From Candidatus Latescibacterota bacterium (GTDB lineage Bacteria; Latescibacterota; UBA2968; GCA-2709665), in NCBI GenBank assembly GCA_963662665.2, contig CAXXJS010000061.1, forward strand, positions 128,001 through 192,000: a stretch of DNA of 64,000 nt, read 5' to 3'. Below the pieces are notes generated by a model. That model worked only from the letters and a program-made list of their open reading frames with translations, did no database searches and was not told the origin of the DNA. This document shows positions 29,276 through 39,278 of this stretch, in pieces (the first letter of the stretch is position 1; every line of letters starts with the position of its first letter). The translations under genes and the position numbers were made by a program.

Positions 29276-31702
29276 ATGTTCCGAAACGTGCTTCTCATCA
29301 CCTTTCGCAATATGCGTCGCCATAAGCTCTATTCTGCCATCAATATCGCCGGTCTTTCGGTGGGGATCGCGTGCTGTATAATGATCGGGTTGTTGATAGA
29401 GGATGATCTGCGTTACGACCGGTTTCATGAGCACGCCGACCGAATCCATCGGCTCTCAACGTGGAAAGATATGCCAAAGGCGAGTGCGCACCTCGGCCCA
29501 AGGCTCCTTGAGGATTTTCCTGAAGTTGAACGGGTCGTCCGCTTGGCGCACCTGCCAACAGAAACGTTGACGGCATATCAGGATCGGGAGTTCTTCGAGG
29601 AAGAACTGCTGTATGCGAGCCCCAGCTTTTTCGACGTATTCTCGTTTGCACTCGTTCTGGGCGATCCCACGACCGCGCTTGCTTCGCCTGATGCGATCGT
29701 GATTTCCCAGGACATGGCAAAACGATACTTCGGCGACGCCGATCCGATAGGCAAGCCATTGCGGATATCCGCCTGGTCGGAGACAACCAAGCTTCAAGTT
29801 ACGGGCGTACTGGGAGACCTCCCCCGCCACTCTCATATAGAATTCGGGGGGCTTGTCTCCTATGCAGCATATTCCACTGGTGAACGAACGTTTTCAGGCG
29901 CCTACACGTATCTCCTATTGGACGATAAGGCAAAGACACAGAAATTGGTAGACAAACTCCGCGAATGGCTGCCTCTTCAGTTTACCTCCAACGAGGATGA
30001 CGACAAATCCGCCGCCAGCGCGTCCACTTCCTCTAGACCATTCCGGCTGATGCCACTTACGGATATACACTTGCATTCCCATCTGGAGCAGGAGCTGGGC
30101 GCCAATCGCGACATAAGTGAATTGTACTTGTTTGGTTCAGTGGGAATTCTCGTTTTGCTGATTGCCTGCGCGAATTATATAAATCTGGCGACCGCGCGTT
30201 CAGCCAACCGGGCAAGGGAAGTGGGTCTCCGCAAAGTCATAGGGGCAGACCGCCGGCAACTGATGCGGCAATTCCAGGGCGAAGCTGTCTTTATCGCCGT
30301 TCTCGCTTTTGCCGCTGGTGTAATGCTTACAGAGATGTTTCTTCCGTTCCTGAATGCTACCATTGGCAGGTCCCTGGCGATCAGCTACAGTGGACGCTTT
30401 CTTTGTACGCTAAGCTTGGGGGTATTGATTGTAGGCATGTTGTCAGGGAGCTATCCGGCATTTTACCTTACTCGTTTCAAGCCCACTGCGATGATGAAGG
30501 ACCTGTCAAGGGCTACACCCAGGAGCGTCGGATTCCGAAAAGGCCTCGTTGTCTTCCAATTTGCAATTTCGATAGGTCTGATAGGGTCAACAATCGTAGT
30601 GATGAGGCAGTTGCATTTCACCAAAAACAAGAATCTGGGCTTCGAAAGTCGAGATGTAGTTATACTCAATTCATCGGAAATCGACTATGATGTGTATTCC
30701 GCGGAGCATCGTTTCCGTACCATTAAGGGCGAACTGAGGCGGAACCCGAATATTCTCAACGTGTCACTTTCGTTTGTCGTACCTGGGGAAGAATTTTGGA
30801 CTGGGACGGAGTTTACGTTAATTGATGCGCCCGAAAGTAAACCGACGATAATCAAGACAATGTATATCGACCAGGATTACCTTGAGACGCTGGGCATTAA
30901 CCTCGTAGCGGGGCAGAATTTCAAGTCCGCATTCGCCACCAGGTCCTTTGACGGCGTTATTTTCAACGAATCTGCCGCCCAAGAGATGGGAATCGGACGA
31001 ACCACCGGTCAGAAGGTGCATATGAATTTGGGAAACGTCGTGGAGACAAACGGCACTATCGTGGGCATAGTGCGAGATTTCCATATACGGTCGCTGCATC
31101 ACAAAATCGAACCATTGGCATTGCGCTTGCATCTCGATAACGTGGGTGTAGGGGGGCACGCCCGTCATCTCGTTGCAAGATTGCGCCCCGAAAACGTCCC
31201 GGCGACGCTGCAATTCCTGAGGGACAAACTGGCTGAGTTTGCGCCCTCGCAGCATTTTCGGTATACTTTTCTGGACACTTATTTTGATTTCGATCAGCTA
31301 TATCAAAACGAGACGCGATTGATGCGCGTATTTGGCACATTCTCCGGATTGGCGGTATTTTTAGCCTTTCTGGGGTTATTCGGTCTCGCATACTTCACGA
31401 TGGAGAATCGCACCCGGGAAATCGGTATCCGGAAAGTCCTCGGCGCATCCGATTCCGATGTCGTTGCCCTTGTATCCAGAGACTTCGTAGTATTGATGAT
31501 TATTGCCATCGTCATCGCGTGGCCGGTCGTGTATTTCGGCGCGGAGGCCTTGCTGGAGAACTTCGCCTATCGGGTCGGCGTTGGCTGGTGGACCTTCCCG
31601 TTGTCAGGCGCCCTGGCGCTTGGGTTGGCGCTGTTTACCGTCGGATGGCATGCTCGCAGAGCTGCCCGCGCCAATCCGGCGGATGTCTTGCGGCAGGAGT
31701 GA
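29276..31702 (+). CDS. ABC transporter permease, duplicated MacB/FtsX-type, paralog 2
   Basis: Colinear paralog of 19003-21429; ends ANPADVLRQE. Confidence 0.95.
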   Translation: MFRNVLLITFRNMRRHKLYSAINIAGLSVGIACCIMIGLLIEDDLRYDRFHEHADRIHRLSTWKDMPKASAHLGPRLLEDFPEVERVVRLAHLPTETLTAYQDREFFEEELLYASPSFFDVFSFALVLGDPTTALASPDAIVISQDMAKRYFGDADPIGKPLRISAWSETTKLQVTGVLGDLPRHSHIEFGGLVSYAAYSTGERTFSGAYTYLLLDDKAKTQKLVDKLREWLPLQFTSNEDDDKSAASASTSSRPFRLMPLTDIHLHSHLEQELGANRDISELYLFGSVGILVLLIACANYINLATARSANRAREVGLRKVIGADRRQLMRQFQGEAVFIAVLAFAAGVMLTEMFLPFLNATIGRSLAISYSGRFLCTLSLGVLIVGMLSGSYPAFYLTRFKPTAMMKDLSRATPRSVGFRKGLVVFQFAISIGLIGSTIVVMRQLHFTKNKNLGFESRDVVILNSSEIDYDVYSAEHRFRTIKGELRRNPNILNVSLSFVVPGEEFWTGTEFTLIDAPESKPTIIKTMYIDQDYLETLGINLVAGQNFKSAFATRSFDGVIFNESAAQEMGIGRTTGQKVHMNLGNVVETNGTIVGIVRDFHIRSLHHKIEPLALRLHLDNVGVGGHARHLVARLRPENVPATLQFLRDKLAEFAPSQHFRYTFLDTYFDFDQLYQNETRLMRVFGTFSGLAVFLAFLGLFGLAYFTMENRTREIGIRKVLGASDSDVVALVSRDFVVLMIIAIVIAWPVVYFGAEALLENFAYRVGVGWWTFPLSGALALGLALFTVGWHARRAARANPADVLRQE

Positions 31703-32183
31703 TCTTGGGAGAGCGGCGCATTTCGCTACTCTCCTGTGCCTACCGTTGTCCTGATCCGGGATTAAATCGTGTACCAGTCCTACTTGCAGGATTCTTCAGA
31801 TGGGCGGCGCCAGGATCAACATCAGATGTGCGCCTGCTTTCCCCGCGCCGTTCCCGCGCAGATTCCCTGAACGCTCCCACCATATTTCCCGGATTCCACT
31901 GCAATCGAACCTCCGGTTGGCGATATTTTCATTCTGCCCCTTAATTTGCGCAAGGCATCGCATATAGGAATTCGCCAGAATTCTTTTTTTCCTATTTTTC
32001 TCATAAGGCGCTTAATAACAGGTAATTTTACAGATCGATTGCCGGATCCGGGATGCAAAAATGGGGGAGGGGGGACTTGATTTTGCGGCACTTCGCGACC
32101 ATATTCCTTCTATAGTTTCCATTCTTCGTAACAGCGGAAGGGATTAGTCCGCCGAATCGACTGAGTAATCAGGTCACGACGTT

Positions 32184-32708
32184 ATGCCAGCAAATGAGAT
32201 TGCCTTGAAATGGGCGCCACGCGTGAAACGGGCTTGAATCCGGCGTCTCTACCGCTTCGCCGGCATGGGCATCTTCGATAAAGAACCGCTCGATGACGTG
32301 GGGACGTCGCTTTATGCCCGTAGTTTGGATATTGCGACTGTCGCCGACGCATTTTAGCATGGACGGGTGGCGTGTCCCCAATGCCGGATACTGGTGCAGT
32401 GCCGAATAGATCCCCTCTACGGCCTGGGTTGGCACGGCGAACGTGGACGCTGGTTTCACTGTCCGCCCTGCTCAAGTCGCCTCTTGTGGACGCAGTGCCG
32501 GAAGGTGCTCCGCGAACTGCCCCGCTGTTTTGACTGCGGCGCTATACTGCGCGGGCAGAATCCGCTCCGGTGCAACTTCGGAAAGGAATGGGATCCCAGA
32601 GCGTACCACCGTTCCGTCGGATCGCGCGTCCGGCTTCCTTGCCCGCCTCGGCGCCGCAGGCCACACCACACGTCCGCCCCTACGAAGGGCCGGACGTGTG
32701 TAATCTGA
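32184..32708 (+). pseudogene. Cys-rich (CxxC) zinc-ribbon-like hypothetical protein with two in-frame stops
   Basis: MPANEIALKWAPRVKRA*IRRLY...DAF*HGRVACPQC...CPPC...CFDC; TGA at 32235 and TAG at 32355 in the frame of ORF 32367; 3' end runs into a hairpin. Confidence 0.6.
32667..32700. repeat. REP-like hairpin (GTAG-type on the minus strand)
   Basis: CACACGTCCG / CGGACGTGTG perfect 10-bp arms; minus strand contains GTAGGGGCGGACGTGTG. Confidence 0.5.
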
Positions 32709-32766
32709 TATCGTCTGGCCTTATCGGTAACCGGTTTTGGCTGGAGGCTGCTTCTCCGATCCGGAT

Positions 32767-32918
32767 CTACCCCCTTCCCCCTTCTTCCTGAAGGAAGGGG
32801 AGAACTGTCATCGCTCGATGTACGCCTGACTCTGCTCCCCCTCTCCCTTTGGGAGAGGGGGTTGGGGGGTGAGGGTCTCCCCCTTTCCCTCCGGGAGAGG
32901 GGGCCGGGGGGAGAGGTC
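32767..32918. repeat. Cluster of G/C-rich REP-like hairpins (family C)
   Basis: CCCCCTCTCCC-TTT-GGGAGAGGGGG plus TTGGGGGGTGAGGG tail, a second copy in tandem, and a CTTCC-TGAA-GGAAG variant; related copies at ~43307, ~44268 and 54229-54386. Confidence 0.75.
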
Positions 32919-32980
32919 CGCGCACCTTCCGAACCTGCCGCCTCACGGCGCTGACGTCAACTGATCGGCTCTTGATTCAA

Positions 32981-33012
32981 GCTGACCGCTGACGACGGAA
33001 AGCCGACAGCTG
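32981..33012. repeat. Degenerate 7-bp repeat (GCTGACN)n
   Basis: GCTGACC GCTGACG ACGGAAA GCCGACA GCTG; related tracts at 34358-34389 (inverted), 44545-44570 and 54177-54201. Confidence 0.55.
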
Positions 33013-33124
33013 TTTCTCGATGAATTGGCGTCGCAGGTCCTCGCTCACGGGAATCCGGACAGAAGGCTGGCAACGTGATTCGCGAAGTATATCGCAGGGA
33101 CGAACTGGCCGAATGGGAGTATCG

Positions 33125-33598
33125 ATGATCAAAAGACCGGTTGTACGAGCGGTGATGATAACGCCGGACCGTCATGTACTGCTGATGAGGGTCCAGGAAC
33201 CTGTATTGGGAAATGAGTTCTGGGTAACTCCCGGTGGAGGTCTGGAGCCCGGTGAGTCTGATGAGGATGCGCTTCGTAGGGAGGTCGCGGAGGAGACTGG
33301 CGCCACGGAGATCTCTCCAGGGCGACTTGCATGGACCAGACAGTGCGATTTCACGTGGGACAACCGCGACTACAGCCAGAGGGAGAACTTCTATCAGGTT
33401 CAGACCGCCCGTTTTGAACCCGTCATGGACGGGAATCCCGCGCAAGGCGAAGCATCGGCCTTCCGCGAGTTTCGATGGTGGTCAATCGAAGACATCGGCA
33501 GGTCTGAAGAGACGTTTTCGCCCCGCGATCTTCATCGCCTCCTGGAGAGTTTAGCCAGGAACGGACCGCCGGAGAGATCGACTGACGTTAGGGTATGA
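33125..33598 (+). CDS. NUDIX hydrolase
   Basis: Nudix box GGGLEPGESDEDALRREVAEETG. Confidence 0.92.
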   Translation: MIKRPVVRAVMITPDRHVLLMRVQEPVLGNEFWVTPGGGLEPGESDEDALRREVAEETGATEISPGRLAWTRQCDFTWDNRDYSQRENFYQVQTARFEPVMDGNPAQGEASAFREFRWWSIEDIGRSEETFSPRDLHRLLESLARNGPPERSTDVRV

Positions 33599-33671
33599 TT
33601 GAGAGACGGAAGCCGAACCCCAATCTGGGGCAGGGTTGAAAGAATCCGGATCGCATTCGGCGGTTTTTTCA

Positions 33672-33700
33672 TTGTCGGAGGTTAACGAATATGTTATCTT
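33672..33700 (+). promoter_or_regulatory. Sigma70 promoter with overlapping palindromic operator of the TA operon
   Basis: TTGTCG-N17-TATCTT; the spacer carries TAAC-N6-GTTA; ATG 5 nt downstream suggests a leaderless mRNA. Confidence 0.55.
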
Positions 33701-33705
33701 CCTGA

Positions 33706-34068
33706 ATGGCCATGCGTGTTGAATTCTATCGCACAGCGGATGGGAAATGTCCGGTTGAGAGTTTTCTCGGCAGGTTGGCTCCCAAAGATGCGCAGAAGGT
33801 CTTGTGGTTATTTAGACTCATGGAGCTGATAGACCGGATTCCGCCGCATTTCCCAAAGAAGCTTGTTGGAACATCGGACATTTGGGAATGCAGGATTCCA
33901 ACCCAGACCGGTACCTTTCGGATATTTGGTTTTTTCACATCCGGCAACAGGCTGACTCTCACCCACGGATATTTGAAGAAGACACCGAAAACCAATCCGC
34001 GGGAGATCAGAAGAGCTGAAGCGTACAGGCGAGATTATCTGAATCGTCACAGGGGGCGTGTATCATGA
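33706..34068 (+). CDS. Type II TA toxin, RelE/ParE (HigB/Gp49-like) family
   Basis: VEFYRTADGKCPVESFL, IWECRI, LTHGYLKKTPKT..EIRRAE. Confidence 0.88.
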   Translation: MAMRVEFYRTADGKCPVESFLGRLAPKDAQKVLWLFRLMELIDRIPPHFPKKLVGTSDIWECRIPTQTGTFRIFGFFTSGNRLTLTHGYLKKTPKTNPREIRRAEAYRRDYLNRHRGRVS

Positions 34069-34340
34069 GCGATGTAGAAAGATATATTGCGAGTCGGAAA
34101 GCGTCCGATCCTGAATTTGCAGAGGGTTTTGAGGAAGGGTACAAGGAGTTCGAATTCGGCGTTTTGCTGCGGCAAGCTCGAGAGGAGGCCGGCTTGACGC
34201 AGGAGCAGCTCGCCAGGTTGATGCATACTAAGAAAACGGCGATTTCCCGCCTGGAGAACCGCGCTGGAGACATCCGGCTGTCGACGCTGAGAAAAGCGGC
34301 CAGGGCATTGGGTAAAGAACTTGAAGTGAAGCTGAAGTAA
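34065..34340 (+). CDS. XRE-family HTH antitoxin
   Basis: REEAGLTQEQLARLMHTKKTAISRLEN; ATGA overlap with the toxin gene. Confidence 0.92.
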   Translation: MSDVERYIASRKASDPEFAEGFEEGYKEFEFGVLLRQAREEAGLTQEQLARLMHTKKTAISRLENRAGDIRLSTLRKAARALGKELEVKLK

Positions 34341-34782
34341 TTCCTGGTCTTTGAACAAGCTGTCAGCATTCAGCTTTCAGCCGTCAGACCACCCATCCCA
34401 CAACCAGCCGGGGGTCCCGCGGAAGAGGGAGACCGCTGAACGCTTGAAGATTCACACGTCTGGCAACGCGACAATTCCCTCGCATTACGGTACCCGAAGG
34501 GCATGTTGACTAATCCGAAAATTGCTGCGTCCGACACAGGTACACCTCCCCGCAATCCTGCCCCGAGTCAACAATTAACGACCGCTCCCGGATCAGGACG
34601 CTTCCGCCTCTTCGCCCCCACATGAACCACAAACCCGTGATGTCTCACATATCTGGAGAAACGGCGAAGTACCGCCTTAAATTGCGGCATTGCCCCATTC
34701 CCCAACACCAACCCGGCAAGTCACGAACGCATTGAAGACTCTCCATTTCCGACGAAGAGCCCTATATCAAGTTGCGCCTAAA

Positions 34783-34803
34783 GGGATAACATCCTGTTAT
34801 CCC
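34783..34803. repeat. Perfect 9-bp-arm palindrome
   Basis: GGGATAACA-TCC-TGTTATCCC. Confidence 0.5.
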
Positions 34804-34965
34804 AGTCCTGGACAGGAACCGATCAATATGTCTTCCGGTTTTTTTCCGGGGCGGGCTAACGCCTGACGTTGTTGCCTGCCAGGATGACAAAACGGCCGCA
34901 CATGTGAGCCTGCGAAAGCGCCCGCAACAAGCGATGTCAAACCTCTTGTTCTCGTTCGAGGGATA

Positions 34966-35775
34966 TTGCCAATGGGTCCACGTCCGCACAGTGTAGAGTG
35001 GTACAGGAGACTCGCGAGATCTCAGCAGGGCTATCCTTCCACATCACAAGACGTGGAGGTTGGAGCGTACGGTGGGGAAGTCTTCTACCTGGATTTTGTG
35101 AAGGCGCATATGCGCCCTGACGAGGACGTGATGGACGTCGGCTGCGGACATGGTGAAGACGCACTTCGGCTCGCGCAGCTCTGTCGAAACTTTCTGGGGT
35201 ACGATCCGGCTCCCTCATTTATCGAACTTGCGCGGGAGAATGCCCGGGCCGCCGGGCTGGAAAATGTCACGTTCCTCGTACACGATTCAAGCGCGAAGGC
35301 AAATCAGGGAAGGGTGAGAATACCGGTCGGGGACGAGTCTCTTGACTTGATCATCTCTCGGCGGGGGCCTGTACACTGGATCGCAGACGCGAAACGGGTT
35401 GTAAGAAGCGGAGGCGTTCTTATTCAGCTCTGCATGTCGGGTCGACTTCCCGTTCCCGAATGGAATGTTGAGCTGCCGGAACCCTTCGATCGTGAAAACC
35501 ACCACCTTCCGGACATGATGCTGGATACGGTTAAGGGGGCCTTGGCGGATGCAGGGATTGAACTGCACAGTTTTTGGACTTTCGACGTGCCTGCCCTGCT
35601 GGACGGCCCCGGAAGGTTATACAAGGCGCTTGCTTTCGGACGGCCCCCAGCTGATATTCCGTCCTATTCCGAAGTGGAAGAAGCTCTGAAGGCCATTTTC
35701 TTCCGCCACAGAAAACATGGAAAGCTTGATATTCGGCAGCGTCGGCTGCTTTGGAAAGCAGTCATTGACAAATAG
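34966..35775 (+). CDS. Class I SAM-dependent methyltransferase
   Basis: VMDVGCGHG, LDLIISRRGP; the start may be the ATG at 34972. Confidence 0.9.
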   Translation: MPMGPRPHSVEWYRRLARSQQGYPSTSQDVEVGAYGGEVFYLDFVKAHMRPDEDVMDVGCGHGEDALRLAQLCRNFLGYDPAPSFIELARENARAAGLENVTFLVHDSSAKANQGRVRIPVGDESLDLIISRRGPVHWIADAKRVVRSGGVLIQLCMSGRLPVPEWNVELPEPFDRENHHLPDMMLDTVKGALADAGIELHSFWTFDVPALLDGPGRLYKALAFGRPPADIPSYSEVEEALKAIFFRHRKHGKLDIRQRRLLWKAVIDK

Positions 35776-35918
35776 GAACGCCTGAATCGAACAAACCCGC
35801 GCATGTAGTTCGGGCTGAGTCGCTTACCCCAACCGCTTCACGGTTGCACCGCCTGCGCGTCTCCGCGCCTGGAAAGCGTAGTGGGACAGCAGACAAGAGA
35901 GTTACGGGACGCCGGAAA

Positions 35919-36509
35919 ATGCAGACGCTTGTTCTTGTGAAACACGCGTTACCTGAGATCGATCCTGCCGTCCCCGCCAAGGACTGGCATCTTTCCGAGG
36001 AAGGCTGCGTCCGTTCACGGATACTCGGGGAGGAATTGGACCGGTATGATCTCGATCTGGTTATCAGCAGCATCGAACCCAAGGCCATGGAAACGGCTGA
36101 AATTGCGGCCGGCTTATTGAAGATTCCTATGAAGGTCGTCGAAGGGCTGCACGAACATGAGCGCGTCAATGTCGGATTCCTGGAGAAGGAGCGATTTGAG
36201 CAATCGATCAGGCGATTCTACGAGCAACCTGCCGGTCTGGTTTTCGGTGAGGAAACCGCGGATGGCGCGTATGTCAGGTTCTCGAAGGCCGTATCAGGTC
36301 TGACGACCCTACATCCACGCGAGAATATAGCCATCGTCACGCATGGGACAGTGCTGAGCCTATTTCTGAGCCGAAATTCAGTTTTGGAACCGTTTGCGTT
36401 GTGGAAAGAGCTGGGTCTGCCGTCCTGTGTCGTCATGTCCCGCCCAGGTTTTGACGTGGTCGAAATTAATCCTGACATCAGGGACGGCGCTTTTCCCGGC
36501 AGCGCATGA
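35919..36509 (+). CDS. Histidine phosphatase family protein
   Basis: LVLVKHA, SSIEPKAMETA, LHEH, IVTHG. Confidence 0.88.
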   Translation: MQTLVLVKHALPEIDPAVPAKDWHLSEEGCVRSRILGEELDRYDLDLVISSIEPKAMETAEIAAGLLKIPMKVVEGLHEHERVNVGFLEKERFEQSIRRFYEQPAGLVFGEETADGAYVRFSKAVSGLTTLHPRENIAIVTHGTVLSLFLSRNSVLEPFALWKELGLPSCVVMSRPGFDVVEINPDIRDGAFPGSA

Positions 36510-36593
36510 CGGATCGGCGATAATGAGATCGCACGAGGGAGCGATTCTGGTGTGCCACGCCGCCTGTCGATGGGTTGGCCCAGGAGTCTTGCC

Positions 36594-36698
36594 GTGGATG
36601 GATTGAGCATTCGCCAGGCGTGCGAGGGGGACAGCGACTTCGTATTCGCCGTGAAAGAGGCGGCGTTCCGTGAATACGCCGAACAGGTCTGGGGCTGG
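36594..36698 (+). pseudogene. 5' fragment of a GNAT gene
   Basis: AGGAG RBS, then (V)DGLSIRQACEGDSDFVFAVKEAAFREYAEQVWGW, then an abrupt switch to higB sequence. Confidence 0.7.
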
Positions 36699-36873
36699 CG
36701 CGGCATTGCGCCACACCTTTCCATTGGCCGATAGGGTCGGCGAATTCGTCGTGTTCAACATCGCCGGTAACAAGTACCGTCTGATTGCATCCGTTCACTT
36801 CAATCGGGGCAAAGTATACGTCCGTGATGTGCTTACGCACCAGGCCTGTGACCGTTGAGGATGGAGGACATGA
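36699..36873 (+). pseudogene. higB: 3' half of a HigB toxin gene, with an extra nonsense codon
   Basis: LRHTFPLADRVGEFVVFNIAGNKYRLIASVHF...VLTHQACDR*GWRT*; the natural stop would overlap the higA ATG. Confidence 0.8.
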
Positions 36874-37268
36874 GCGTTATTACACCACAGCTTCAGCGAT
36901 CCTGGTCGCAAGTGAGCGCGCTACTCAAGATCCGGACCGAGCGGGAATACGATCTGGCGTTGCAGCGGCTCAACAGCCTGATCGATGAAGTGGGCACTGA
37001 TGAGCGACATCCGCTTTATTCTCTGCTCGATACGCTGGGCGCCGTTGTCCACGCCCGGGAAGAACAACACTGTTCCATGCCCAGCCTGGAGGGTGCAGAT
37101 CCACTCCGACTCCTCATGGAGGAGCATGAATTGACTCAGTCGGATTTTCCGGAGGTAGGTTCGCAAGGGGTGATTTCGGAGATTCTGAGCGGCAAACGAG
37201 AGCTGAACATCCGACAGATTCGTGCTTTGTCCAGGCGATTTGGCGTTTCGCCCTCAGTATTCATTTAG
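36870..37268 (+). CDS. higA: HigA antitoxin (XRE HTH)
   Basis: IRTEREYD..., LRLLMEEHELTQSD..., SEILSGKRELNIRQIRALSRRFGVSPSVFI; GGAGGA RBS. Confidence 0.9.
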   Translation: MSVITPQLQRSWSQVSALLKIRTEREYDLALQRLNSLIDEVGTDERHPLYSLLDTLGAVVHAREEQHCSMPSLEGADPLRLLMEEHELTQSDFPEVGSQGVISEILSGKRELNIRQIRALSRRFGVSPSVFI

Positions 37269-37332
37269 GCAAGGGGATTAGCAGCCCGTCATTCGACTGA
37301 CGACAGCTGATACAAAGCCACGTATCCGCACT

Positions 37333-38073
37333 ATGAAATTCGACCAACTCACCTCATCCGTCAGGGAGGTCTGCCAGGCCTTCGTCAAGGGTCTTGGGGA
37401 CATTCTCGATGCGAACCTGCACGGCGTCTACATGTACGGCGCATCCGTATTTCCGGATTCCGGACCGATACAGGACATAGACTGTCACGTGATCCTCGCA
37501 GGTCCGTTGGGCAACCGAAACAAAGACACGATTCTTCGATTGCACAGGGATCTTGCGGAGCGTTTTCCACCTCTGGGTGGAGAATTGGATGCCTATTTCA
37601 TCCTGTACGAGGATGCCATCAATACTCACCCACCCGCGCACCAACTTCAGCCCGCAATACGTGACGAGGCCTGGGCTCTGCATTGCGCCCACATCAGGGC
37701 CGGGCGTTACATTACGCTCTGCGGGCCGTCCCCGAAGTGCATCTTCCCGGCGCCGTCGTGGGATGACATCTCGACAGCTCTTGAGCAAGAGGTTTCGTTC
37801 ATCGAGCAGAACCTGCAATATCCCGACTACTGTGTCCTCAATATGTGCCGGATCATACGTACCGTAGACGAGAGAAACCCCGCGGTGTCGAAGTTTTCCA
37901 GCGGCATATGGGCTTCTGGTCGGTTTCCCGAATGGAAACCAATGATCGACGCGGCGGCCGCTTCCTACCTGGGAAGGTTGACGCCGGATCAAGCTGGATT
38001 TCTAGAAGCCGGGGTGGAATCTTTCATCGGGTTCGGTACCGGACTGATCCGCGAACAGCCCGAACACGGCTGA
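37333..38073 (+). CDS. Aminoglycoside adenylyltransferase-like nucleotidyltransferase (AadA/DUF4111-type)
   Basis: GVYMYGA...DIDCHV pol-beta motif; YCVLNMCR, SKFSSGIWA. Confidence 0.8.
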   Translation: MKFDQLTSSVREVCQAFVKGLGDILDANLHGVYMYGASVFPDSGPIQDIDCHVILAGPLGNRNKDTILRLHRDLAERFPPLGGELDAYFILYEDAINTHPPAHQLQPAIRDEAWALHCAHIRAGRYITLCGPSPKCIFPAPSWDDISTALEQEVSFIEQNLQYPDYCVLNMCRIIRTVDERNPAVSKFSSGIWASGRFPEWKPMIDAAAASYLGRLTPDQAGFLEAGVESFIGFGTGLIREQPEHG

Positions 38074-38159
38074 TTTTGCGGCCGTCCAGTCTGCGCCACG
38101 CGGGTCGTTATTGAAGGCTCGAGGTTCGCTCAGTACGTTCGCGGCGACGGATCAGCGTC

Positions 38160-38188
38160 GGTACCGCAAACTGCCAGTTTGCGGTACC
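38160..38188. repeat. REP-like perfect palindrome
   Basis: GGTACCGCAAACTG-C-CAGTTTGCGGTACC, 14-bp arms. Confidence 0.65.
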
Positions 38189-38252
38189 TGATCAAGCACA
38201 TCCAGCGCTGATTCAGTCCTCGTGGCCTTTTGCAGCGTAGAGACGAGATGAT

Positions 38253-39278
38253 ATGACATCGAGTCCGAGCGATACGCTTCCCGACCCCGATTGGCTCAAA
38301 CGGAAGTACGGGATTCTCTGGGATTGACAGTATCGCGACATGAGCGGCAAGATCGCCAATGTTGTCAGGATATCGTGCGGGAACACCGGGAATTAGTACG
38401 TCCTGCGGGTTTCCGATCCCGGGCGGAACTCAGAGGGCTCATTGTCGTCTGTCAGCCGTCTATCGCAAGTGCACCGATTCCAGACGCACCTGAATGATCG
38501 TGGCGTACGAACCGTCCTGCCGTTCAGGTCGCTTGACGGGAAGACGTTCCTGATAACGGAAGCGGGGACGACGGTAGAGGTTTTCCCGTATGTCGAGGGA
38601 AGGCCGCCGAAGAAGGGGCATGTGTCGGACGTTCGTCTGACGGGGGCTGAAATCGCCCGTCTTCACGGTGCAGGCGTCGGATATCCGGACCTGCCGGACG
38701 AAGGACGTCTATCCATGAATCATCTCGCTGTCGACAGGTTGCAGGCGAACGTACGGAAGATGCGGGAGTCAACCAGGGGAAAGGCATTTCACGATCAGTT
38801 TATCAGGTACGTGGCAGAGACGGAACGCTGCGTCGAAGAGATCGACAGGCTTCGTCCGTGCCTGGTCGAAACCGGTCTGCACCTGGATACCAGTCCGCAG
38901 AATATGATCATCGATCACAAGAGCAACCTCTGGTTCATTGACTGCAACCATGCGTCAAGAGGTCGGCGGGTGTTCGAAGTCTGTGTTTCGACGTACTACC
39001 TGGCTCCTCATTCCGATTCGCCATGGGGCGAGTCGACGCGATATCAACTTGTGGACGAAACCGTGGAAGCCGCATTCCTTGAATCCTACCGGGACGTCTG
39101 CGAACCTGCCTGGCGAGAGGAGGAGTCGACGGCCCTGGCGATCGAACGGATGCTGATGTTCATTCACGGGGTCACCTGCTGGACGACGATGGGGGATGAT
39201 GACGAGGTGCGGGATGAATTGGACCGATGGAACGCGTGTTACGCCACCTTGAAAACCGGACTTGACAAAGCTGTGTAA
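38253..39278 (+). pseudogene. Phosphotransferase (homoserine kinase type II/APH fold) with two in-frame stops in the 5' part
   Basis: ATG 38253 is in frame with ORF 38442; TGA at 38325 and TAG at 38394 precede YVLRV; downstream EVFPYVEG, IARLH, LHLDTSPQN, FIDC. Confidence 0.75.

Noticed and set aside
19003-31702. Diversity-generating retroelement TR/VR pair between the permease paralogs
   Set aside because: Differences are not adenine-specific, both copies are full genes, and no reverse transcriptase is present.
33683-33696. Similarity of the TA operator TAACGAATATGTTA to array unit TAACGAATATCGTTA (44653)
   Set aside because: Half-site spacing differs by 1 bp and the match is short and AT-rich, too weak to claim a shared regulator.
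37333-38073. Calling the AadA-like, Eis-like and APH-like genes antibiotic-resistance genes
   Set aside because: Only fold-level motifs are visible, so substrate specificity cannot be inferred.
32184-39278. Stop-codon reassignment or selenocysteine/pyrrolysine readthrough in genes with in-frame TGA/TAG
   Set aside because: TGA and TAG terminate many intact genes here, the stops are not at catalytic Cys/Lys-like positions, and the affected genes show other decay.
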